Source: Selaginella moellendorffii
Lineage: Eukaryota; Plantae; Lycopodiophyta
Assembly: GCF_000143415.4 (NCBI RefSeq)
Contig: NW_003314340.1
Span: forward strand, 62,001-126,000
Direction of reading: 5' to 3'
Length of the DNA: 64,000 bases
The notes below the pieces were generated by a model. That model was not told the origin of the DNA. It made no database searches and saw only the letters and a list, made by a program, of their open reading frames with translations. Made by a program: the position numbers and the translations under genes. Positions 54,271 to 64,000 of this stretch are shown here, piece after piece; position 1 is the first letter of the stretch, and each line of letters opens with the position of its first letter.

Positions 54271-56984
54271 AAATATTAATACAGGTTGTTAGGTGAAAGC
54301 CCAAAGTGATTGTCCCCAGGGGTGGGGGGTTCCAAAATTATAATAGGGAGAGTGTGGGGGTTGGACCTCAGTAGAGCCAGTTTGGCTAGGAAAGGTTAAT
54401 TTGGCCTAAGAAGGCTATACCCAGGTGTTGGGTGATGAGATATCCACTGGGAAGTCCAAGGCTAAAGTGAATACAGACTGACAAGTGCGGTAGCTTAATG
54501 AAATGTTCAAGAGCCGACTCTAATTCCCCTAGGAGATCGAATGGTCGATGCTCCCAATCCAAGTGGAAGGTAGGGAGAGTCCCATGAGGCTCGCATAGGG
54601 CCACAGTGTTCTAAAATGTTGTCCCAAAGTCCCAGACTATGGAAAGGGAGAAGGGTAGTCCTTTAGTGTAGTGACCAAGGCTATAGTCATATGGTGTGGA
54701 AGTCCCAAACAACAATGGGACTTAGTGGTCGGGCTTGTGGGCCTTAACTCAATGGCAATGTCGACAAATACGGCCATGGACAAAAAAGGATTTGGTGGGG
54801 ACTGGAAAAGGGATATTGGGGAAGGTTGTTCCCCATGTCTATGGGCATCCTAAGGATGCTAAGGAGTGGATCTGGGATGACTACTCATGGATAGATGGCT
54901 TAATCTGTGAAAGACGGACTGTGATGCAAGTGGTGTTGGACCACTAGTGTGGCAAAGGTGAATGGGCATAGCTTTAGTGTAACGAGTTGATATATCAGTG
55001 GTACCTTTGGGTGTCGGTCATGCAATCGAACACATGGAGCACTTGGACCAAGTGTAAAGGTTGAGTGACATGGATGCCACTCTCGAGGCTAGCAATCCCC
55101 AAGTCTTGAATTGGACTTATGGAGGTTGTGAATAAGACTCCTCCAAGTGGTCGGAGGTGTGGTTAAGTGATTAAAATAGAATGGAAAAATTAGTCTTTAC
55201 AATTTGGTATCAGAACTATTCCTTAATTCGACTTTTATTGGTGCTCAAGTATATCACTACTAATGTTGGCATCAGAAAGTCCTAGGAGTGGGCCTATATT
55301 TAGAGAGTAGCAGATTGGAAAGACATGGCTCTCCACTACAGTTCATGTGTGAACTTATAGGTGAGGTGGTGGATAGAAAAGGGCCAATAATGGAATGACT
55401 TTGGGATTTTGGGAATAGTATAAAATTTTCCTCAAAGAGTTGAGGATGTGATCCAGATGAATGTTTGACTTAGCAAATTGGTTATTGTAATTGCGGTAAA
55501 TAGCTATAATTGGGACCACGAGAAAGATGAAGACTCCAAATTAATAAAAGAGTCATAAGATTATCCTCATATAGTTGAGGCTGGTGCTCATGAATGTAAG
55601 ATCAGAATTAATGACTGTGAGAGGTCAAATACAGATGAGGACACAAGTCCTTGAAATAGTAGCCAAGGCTACCTTTTTATAAATGCTGGAACACACCCAA
55701 GGAGTTGGGGATATGCTCAGAGGATGAGTTGGTATTCTCATTATATGGACAGATAATCTTAAGGGGCAAAAGTAGCCCATAGAAAATGAGGAATAATTAA
55801 GTGTTAAAGCAACATTTGCAAAGATGGTTCTTATGAGTAGGATATGAATACAAGAAGATGTATTCTGGTGAATTGACACCTCAAAAGTAGGACCTCATGG
55901 GTCATTAGATTAGCAAAGTCTAAAAAGTTGGATGACTCAAGTAGAGTTTGAGAATGGTCCTAAGGGATTGGTAGAAGCATTTAAACTGAGGTGTGTTGTG
56001 CCCCAGGAAGGATGGGGAGGATCATAAAATCCAAATATGAGAATAGTTGGTATCTCATTGATGGCGGAATATGCCATACTAAAGTCGTGGGAAAAGTGTT
56101 CCCAAAAGAAAGCAACTTTGACACAAAACTATGTGTAAACACTATGGTGTAGTGCTAACGGATAGTTGGCTTGAAAAACGATTATATTGGTCTTGGCAAG
56201 AACCTAGACACAAGTAAGAAGTGTCATAAAAGTAAGCTCGTGAAGCCGATAGTGTGCAAACACTAGAGATGAGTTATAGGACTTAACAGCTATAAGGCAA
56301 CTAAGCAAAAGGTGCAAAGTAATTGATTAGATACGTAGAAAGTAACTACCCAAGACTTCTTATTGGGATGAGGAAGTTAGAGTTACCCTTGTAGGGGATA
56401 AATTATTTATGTTGCGATATAGTAAGTCAATATCATAAAAGGAATGCTCATTGTCAAAGAAAGCTATTATTGGGACACCCTAACACTCTAAAACACTAGG
56501 AAGTGGTATTTGGTATTATGAAAGTATCAAATAAGACCTAATGGATTAAGTCCCTAACGAATGATGAATAGAAAATGTTATGCAACGTCCAAGGTTACGG
56601 AGACAGGAGAAGTCCATTTATCAGAATTGGCCAAACCCAAAAAAGGGTTTTGGCAAGGCTAGTGATGGGCATATAAAAGGCTATAAGTAGTAACGTTAAT
56701 CCTGGGGTTACAAAGTGAGTATATATGGATTAAGGAACCACTCCCTAGGCTATTGGGTAGGTTCATCCTTAATAATACTTGCTAAGGTATGGTAGAAAGT
56801 ACAAACCTGTCCTCTTAGTCGGGAGGAAAATAACCGAAAGAAATGTGTGAAGCCAAAAAGTAAATAATAAAAGAATAAAATCGAACTACAGGAATCAAAG
56901 GGCATAGGGTGGTTATGCAAGTTGGAAGTGGAGAATCAAGTGGGTGCTCAAACATGTTGCTATTAACAACTGTGATGCCATAGA

Positions 56985-57365
56985 GAGACTGAGATGGAGT
57001 CCGAGATGGAACCGAGATGGAGTCCAAGAAGGACCCGAGATGTAGTATGAGATGGACCCGAGATGGAGTCTGAGATGGACCCGAGATGGAGTTTGAGATG
57101 GACTTGAGATGGAATTCGAGAAGGACCCGAGATGTAGTCTGAGATGGACCCGAGATGGAGTCTGAGATGGAACCCGAGATGGAGTTTGAGATGGACCCGA
57201 GATGGAGTTTGAGATGGAACCTGAGATGGAACTTGAGATGGAGTCCGAGATGAAGTTCGAGATGGACTCGAGATGGAGTCCGAGATGGAACCAAGACCGA
57301 GACTGAGACCAAGACCGAGTCCGAGTATAAAGTTGAGATTGAGATTGAGACTGAGACCGAGTCCA
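56985..57365. repeat. GAGATGGA-core minisatellite in 3' LTR
   Basis: Same units as 53950-54270, different array length. Confidence 0.9.
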
Positions 57366-58399
57366 AATACTAATACAGGCTATCGGGTGAAAGCCCAAAG
57401 CGGTCGTCCCCCTGGGGGGGGTTGCAAGGGGTTCCAAAAGTATAATAGGGAGAGGGTGGGGGTTGGACCCCAGTGGAGCCAATTTGGCCTAAGAAGGTTG
57501 TACCCAAGTGTTGGGTGATGAGATATCCATTAGGAAATCCAAGGCTAGAGTGAATACGGACCGACAAGTGGGGTAGCTTGGTGAAGTATTCAAGAGTCAG
57601 CTCTAGTTCCCCCAGGAGATCGAATGGTCGATGCTCCCAATCCAAGCGTGGGTGGCACTACTTACTTGGATACCTGGCATGGCTCAATGGAACTTCGCTC
57701 TAACCCTATGGCTAGAGCACCCAAAGGCGGAAGGCGGGGAGAGTACCCATGAGGCTTGCATAAGGCCACGGTGTTCCGAAATGTTGTCCTAAAGTCCCAG
57801 ACTATGGAAAGGAAAAGGGGCAGTCCTCTAGTGTAGTGACCAAGGCGGTGTGGAAGTCCCAAAGGACAATGGGACTTAGTGGTCAGGCTTATAGGCCTTG
57901 ACTTAGTGGTAGTGTTAGCAAATACAGCCATGGACAAAAAAAGACTTAATGGGGATTGGAAAAGGGATATTGAGGAAGGTTGTTTTTGTTTATGGGCATC
58001 CTAAAGATGCTAAGGAGTGGATCTGGGATGACCACTCATAAATGGATGGCCTAGTTTGTGAAAAACAGGATTGTGATGTAAGTGGTGTTGGACCACCAAT
58101 GTGGCAAAGGTGAATGGGCATGGCCTTAGTGTAATGGGCTGATATGTCGATGGTACTTTTGGGTGTTAATTATGAGATTGGACACATGGAGCACTTAGAT
58201 CAAGTGCAAAGGTTAGATGGCATGGATGTCACTTTCGGGGCTAACAAGCCCTAAATCCTGAATTGGACTTATGGAGGGTGTGAATAAAACTCCTCCAAGT
58301 GGTTAGAAGTGTAATTAAATGACTAAAATAGAATAGACAAATTAATCCTTATATTGATCCAAGCCATGGATCCATCAATCAAGTATGTAGAGCTCTCAA

Positions 58400-61300
58400 C
58401 TAGTAGCATCTAGAAGTTGCATGTAATCCTTAATGAGAACAACAACTTCCTTAACATTAGTCATTGGGGATAGAGGGTGAATATGAAAAATAATTATTAA
58501 AGCTATAGTTAAAAATAAAATTCATCTTTATTAACCTTTGTGCATAGCTATAGGAGAGCACTTCTAGGTTGTCATTTGTAGCTGTAGAGAGGGATGGGAA
58601 GAATGTTTTGGTCTACCAAGAAGACTAATGGCTGCTCTTTGTAACATCTATGAAAAAAAAAATGAAATTAGAATGATAATAAAAAAGTTCCAAATTAAAG
58701 TCCTTACTCTCATGAAAAGCTTCACAATATCCCCTTTAAGAGTTGTGAGTAGACGTTGGAATCTCTTATGCTAGAATCTCTTGTACAATTTCCTCTATCT
58801 CAATGATATTTGTATTTGGCATCTCCTAAACAATTTCTTGAGTATGGATTCTTGGGTTTTGTTGTTGAACTTCAATGACATAGAGATTTAGCTCAAAGTC
58901 TAATGTTAGCATCTACTCTATGAGTTCAAGGTACCATGGGCACAACTCCCTCTCATGTGTATAAGGATAGTAGAATTTTGGCTTATACATCCCAAGCTTC
59001 TTGCCTTTAGCCAAAAGCCTGTGCAAAACACTAGCTATGTATATGGGTGCACCAAAGCAATATTTTAAATATTTATAAAGTAAAATATAAATATAAATAC
59101 CAATATATAAACAAGAATTGAGAAATACTTATAAATGATGTGCTTCACAAGAAATGGTTGTCTTGACTGGTTCTTGAACTCAGCCAAGCTCATTTCTCAT
59201 CCTAGACTTATAATATCTCCTCACCAGTGGTAATACTCTAAAAAATATATGCCTTCCCCTTTATCATCTTCTCCAATATTGTTTTGTAACATTTTTCGTT
59301 ATTTTGCAACCAAGTGTTGAGAAGTTCCAATTAGATATTTTGTTTGGCAAAAGATGTTTTACTCTTGGAGATGTTATAAATAAGCTCCTCTAATGCTTTA
59401 TCAATATTTACACATATAGAGCTATGAAATATTTCATAAATTTTAGAAGAACTTATGAATGCAAGAACAAATCTTAGCAATGCTATTGAGCCATTCTTGG
59501 TCATATTGTATATCTTCAATTGAGAGCAACTTTTCACTTTTGTTTTCTTTGTATTCAAAATTTGCTACTTAATTGCATACCACTCCATCTCCTTTTGTTA
59601 CTTGTCCCTTCAAGTATTTTTAAAGAATAAGGCTCTTTTTCCCTTGATTATGAGCAGCAAAAAAATATTTTGTAAGTTGATGCATACTTCAACACTAATT
59701 TACCTTAGCCTAGATAGCAATTAGAAAATTAAATAGTAGCTACTACCAAGTATGCAATTCTTAGCCTTTCCTAGTTGCTAACTTAACTTGAATTGTTTCA
59801 AAGACCTCGTAATTCTACAGTTTTTAGACCTCCTCTAGCGAGAGCATGTAGAGTAGATAAATTAAAGGTGCTCAATGTTGTGTACCAATGTATGAGCTTG
59901 AAACATGAACTGGTTTATCCTACAAAAACATAATATGGAGTAAGTTTACAAAAGATAAATTCTTACATATTAATCTTGTGGCATGCTATATTGAGTTTTA
60001 CAGTGGGCTCTAGAGTCATGGGTTTGATAAATGTGATTGAAACATTAATATATTATTCTTTATCATCTCAGAACTTCTCTTAAATGCACTCCCAAAATGC
60101 TAGCCACTTATGGTTTCTATTGATTACCTAGAACAACTTTCAATAAATCTTGTAGTCTCCACATGTTGTCTTAAAAATCCATCAAACTTACGAGACTTTC
60201 ACAGCTATAAATGATCCCATTTTTACTCAAGTTCAATAGTCACTAGCTCTATCCAGCTAGTTCCAGGGAAAGTTACTGAAATGATAAAGGTACCAACTAT
60301 GCTCCCAAACCTGATTTTTGCAAAGGAGTTGTAGATAACCATATTGAGGTTGTAAGCTGAGCACACTTAATGGCTTTGAACCAACTAGCACAAAGGAAAT
60401 AGAAAACACTTAACTGCTCCTACTGCTCTTGAGGCTGGTGGTGCCAGGGGAGCTGGTGGTGGTGAGGGATTGTGCATGCATGATTTTGACACCATCTTGA
60501 ATGATTGTGTTTGGGATATGATCATCCAAGCTCAAGAATGAATAGTTAGTAAAGTGTTATAGAAAATAATGACCACACTATTAGCAACCTCTACAGTAAT
60601 GTAGCTATCACACTACTAATAGCCTCCATAGTAAGTTAATCTACCTCATCATGAGCAGCCTTAATAGCCAAAGGCACAACTCTCCCACCACCACCAATAT
60701 TAGACACAAGCACCCCACCATCAGTAGCCACAGCCTCAAGAGCACTAGTACCAACAGCCTTAATTATAGCAATTTGAGTGTCTATTTCAACATCCATATT
60801 ATTATTATGCTCTTCATTGCCTCCTTTAGCATAACCAGCAATAACTTTATTGATTACTTAGGATGAATTTCCACTCAATTGGCCAAACCCACAGTGATCA
60901 AAACCCTTTTCCTAGAGATAGGAACTATTGAGGTTTGCCTCGATATTTCCTCTAAAATAGAAAGCAAAATATTATAATGTATAAGTTGTAAAGTAAACCA
61001 AATCTATAGTGTTATAAGTTCAAGTCCCCTCTTAGAAGTTTCAGCCAGTCAAGCTTGATTTATATTTGCTCTCATAAGCAAATTGTGTAAATAAAAGAAA
61101 TTAAAAATATATTGTAAACTACAAAAAATGCAAAGAAAAAAAATGAAAAGTCACTAAGAGAAATCAATGCACATAAGAACTAATCTCACCTTACCTCTCT
61201 AAAATTCATAAAAACAAAAATTCTTGAGATCAAGAAAGCCTTAAGACTGACAAAAACATGGGAGAAGTCAGTTCATAATGTTTTGAAGTTCTTAAATGGG

Positions 61301-61700
61301 AACTATTACTTTGGTTGTAAGTATGAAAAATAAATTTCTTGCAAGCTTAAAATGTTTATATATATACTTGACTATCTACAATGATGTTGGTTATATTTAT
61401 TTATTTTGATTTTTTTAATAAAAAAAGTAAATAATCTTAAGGATTTATATTACATGATTTAATATATGTATATATTATTAATTTGAATAATCTTCTCTAA
61501 ACTTTTGAATTGTTTCTCAAGATTTCAAATCCATTTATTTCCAGATGAACATCTTTTAGAAGCTATGTTAAAAAGCACTAAAAATCACTAATAATCTTAA
61601 ACATATAATAATAATTTTGATTTCTGTAAGTTATACAGCTAAATTGCCATCTTTTCTTTGTGTGAGAATTCTTTTACCTTGTTTTGAATCAAGCTCTAGG
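58400..61700. other. AT-rich decayed sequence, probably an old transposon relic
   Basis: CpG-poor, no sizeable ORF, residual splice-like junctions on the minus strand; family not recognised. Confidence 0.35.
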
Positions 61701-61784
61701 CTTGGGCTATCCAGCAGACTTTCCATAGAATAATACATATACTCAGTAATTCTATCCTATAAAAACAGTGTAACTGTACCAGAC

Positions 61785-63383
61785 TTACCCGTCCAAATTT
61801 GCAAACATTTTCTGCAGCCGATCCGTGCAGGAGGTCATTGTCGGTCTAGCCTTAGGCTGCTCCTCTAGGCAGTCATCTCGAAGTTCTTCCAGCTCTTGGG
61901 TCAGAGTCACCTTGGACGTATGGATTAGCCAGCCTAGACCCCACACGTCGACTGCAGTATCGTGAGGGCCCAGAGGAATCTCCGGTGCATGACAGGCACC
62001 GGAAAGCGTCGCTGCAGCACATGGAGCTGGAGAAGTGCAGGACTCATTCCAGTCAAAGAGTACCCACTGGTTGGAAGCGAGATCCAGTCCAACGTTGCTC
62101 CAGCTCACGTCCCTGTGTATCACACGCCGCTCATGGGCGTAACACAGCGCATTGGAGACGTGAAGCAAGGCCCTTAACAGCTCGGGAACGGGCGTGGCTC
62201 GCTGGTTCGTATCGAGCCGCGGCGTGAACGTCAAAGTGTACAATCGATCTTCAGGATCACTGTTTCGTTTCCTCTTTCGGGGACAGGCCTTTGTATGACA
62301 CTTCTCTGCATTTGGGCAGCCCTGGATGCGTGAGTATGCATTCCACACCTTCTTTGCCTTCTCCAGGTTCATATATCCCTTGATGACCGAGTATCCTGAA
62401 AGAACCACGGACTTGCCACCCTTCTCAAGATCCACTTCCTGCACCATGACCGTATCAGAAATCTCGTTTCTCCTTGAGCATAGATCACAAAGGCCCGCCA
62501 GAACCCTCCCCAAGTTGAAAAGTATGAGCTGGGACCGCACCCTGTCAGTCATGCTGCTCAGATCCACCGTGACCAAATCTTTGCACTGCACCTTGCCCCC
62601 ACCATGGTAGAGTGCACCGAATGTCACGTTGGGACCCCTTGCATGGTAGCCAAGCAGATAGGGCACGTCCTTGTACACCCAGACCAGCTTGTCCATGAGG
62701 CCCTGCTTTGGATTCCCTGGCCCCCGAACTGCCTTTTCTTCACCCCGGAACAAAGAATAAAGAGCGCCCACATATCCAACGTAGTCAGGAAGTTGAGACA
62801 GTGTCTGCGTCTCGCAGTTTGTGCTCCTTGCGAAAGTCAATGACACAGAAGTCTGCAGGTACCCCTTGATTGCTTCGTGTATAAGCATGTTCCAAAACGG
62901 AATGTAAGAAAATTCGGTAGTGCCTTGAAGAGTATAGAACGGCGTTAGAACCTGAGGTTGAAGAGAAAGAGGAAACGCACCAACTTCGGGAGGTTTGATG
63001 ACGCTAAGAGCCAGAAGGCTTTCCAGGTCAACGCAATATGAATTTGGGGTGCCCTTGCTGAACATCCCAGCTAAATCATGGGACTTTAGAGTCGCATACC
63101 TCACGGGGCTCAGCAGAAGAGATAATCCCGCCGGTTTCGATACCAGGAATTCCTTGAGCAATGCAAGATCAGGAACAGCTGGAGTTGCGTATTTCCTGAG
63201 TATGTGGTATGTGGGATCATCAACAACGCCTGTCAGAAAAGTCTCAGATCGTGCACAACCGAAAGAGGGCATAAGCTCTATTTCGTTAAAGTGGGAATTG
63301 TCATTATCCCACTTGTAAAATAAGGTTTCCAAACCTTTATATAGTATATAAATATAACAAAATTCAACTGCATTGAGGCACAT
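61785..63383 (-). CDS. Crinkler (CRN8/D2-like) nuclease-fold + RD kinase protein; 5' end uncertain
   Basis: 532-aa uninterrupted ORF: LPDY..LFRGEEK..P...LMDKLVWVYKDVPYLLGY, then IHRDVSWSNV, WVLFDW, HAPEI and HDTAVDVWGLG. Confidence 0.8.
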   Translation of the reverse strand: MCLNAVEFCYIYILYKGLETLFYKWDNDNSHFNEIELMPSFGCARSETFLTGVVDDPTYHILRKYATPAVPDLALLKEFLVSKPAGLSLLLSPVRYATLKSHDLAGMFSKGTPNSYCVDLESLLALSVIKPPEVGAFPLSLQPQVLTPFYTLQGTTEFSYIPFWNMLIHEAIKGYLQTSVSLTFARSTNCETQTLSQLPDYVGYVGALYSLFRGEEKAVRGPGNPKQGLMDKLVWVYKDVPYLLGYHARGPNVTFGALYHGGGKVQCKDLVTVDLSSMTDRVRSQLILFNLGRVLAGLCDLCSRRNEISDTVMVQEVDLEKGGKSVVLSGYSVIKGYMNLEKAKKVWNAYSRIQGCPNAEKCHTKACPRKRKRNSDPEDRLYTLTFTPRLDTNQRATPVPELLRALLHVSNALCYAHERRVIHRDVSWSNVGLDLASNQWVLFDWNESCTSPAPCAAATLSGACHAPEIPLGPHDTAVDVWGLGWLIHTSKVTLTQELEELRDDCLEEQPKARPTMTSCTDRLQKMFANLDG

Positions 63384-64000
63384 GCCATTTTATTTTAAAC
63401 AAGGAAATGTCTACTCAATCACTTCTCCTCCCCCTGCCACTGCTTCACCTCTCTCTTCTCCTTGTCATCGTCGTTCAATTTCTTTCCATCCTTTTAATAT
63501 TGGCTCAGTTGCTCCGAGTCTAGGTGGAGCCCAAGTCCCCATTCAATCTTTACTTTCCCCTTATTAATAAAACAACTTCGTAGACTTCCAATAACATGCT
63601 GTAACACTTCTAGTATAATGTAAATCCTCTCAAAGAATTGTCTTTTAATATTAATACAATGGCATGGAACCCCATGCCATAATAAGTTACATTTTTAAAT
63701 AAATATATGCCATCTCAGACTGTTATTTTTTGCCTCCAACACCTATACAATAATCTTGGAATTTCATCACTCTCCACACTATCAGGATTTAAACCCAATA
63801 GTAATGCCATCTCTTCTCTAATACGTCCATGCTCATGTTCAGTGGTCGAAGAACCCATCCGGTTGAGCAGATTATGGAGATGCGGATAGTGCTTGGCTAG
63901 ACAATATACATGCCATAAATGATGACTGGTGTCTGTCCGATCAAATGGCTTCTGATGTCGCGAGTGGAATGTTATGGATGCTGAGTGTGTCATTGACCCC

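Larger units (their letters stand above)
53561..58352 (+). mobile_element. Decayed LTR retrotransposon with long (~1.3-1.6 kb) LTRs and deleted internal region
   Basis: 53950-55201 and 56985-58352 are diverged direct repeats. The first ends ...TTTACA followed by PBS TGGTATCAGA (55204); a purine tract lies at ~56821. The left boundary is uncertain. Confidence 0.75.

Noticed and set aside
53950-57482. Repeat arrays as CRISPR-like, or ORFs 53970-54272, 56815-57366 and 56913-57482 as proteins
   Set aside because: No unique spacers; the ORFs are translations of minisatellite DNA.
63715-63993. His-rich ORF as a His-Cys/HNH nuclease or as an upstream exon of the CRN-like gene
   Set aside because: The motif match is too weak, intervening frames contain stops, and the window edge prevents evaluation.

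Overview
Compact, intron-containing plant genomic DNA with very short introns and intergenic spacers. The many PLS/DYW PPR genes and a sperm-flagellum gene (SPATA17-like) point to a non-seed vascular plant, most likely Selaginella; this is inference, not a database result. Bases 1-50 kb are gene-dense. They contain PPR genes, a queuosine salvage glycosylase, EAF, an MdAP-like gene, two class III peroxidases, a divergent PAL-family MIO enzyme next to a frameshifted BAHD acyltransferase, RPS9, an F-box family (one intact copy, two broken), a SASA esterase, a DUF4408/DUF761 protein, a CTD-phosphatase-like gene, ECA3, a GH3 glucosidase and an SCPL. A decayed Merlin/ISXO2 transposon also lies in this half. 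Bases 50-62 kb are a transposon nest: a Gypsy remnant carrying a complete 5S-rRNA-bearing Cassandra TRIM with TSD, a long-LTR element with minisatellite LTRs, and AT-rich decay. The window ends in a long CRN8-like (Crinkler) nuclease-fold/kinase ORF. Best leads: (1) a peroxidase / aminomutase-like PAL / BAHD mini-cluster, (2) Crinkler-type kinases in a plant, (3) Cassandra and Merlin elements, (4) a Q/N-repeat secreted peroxidase.
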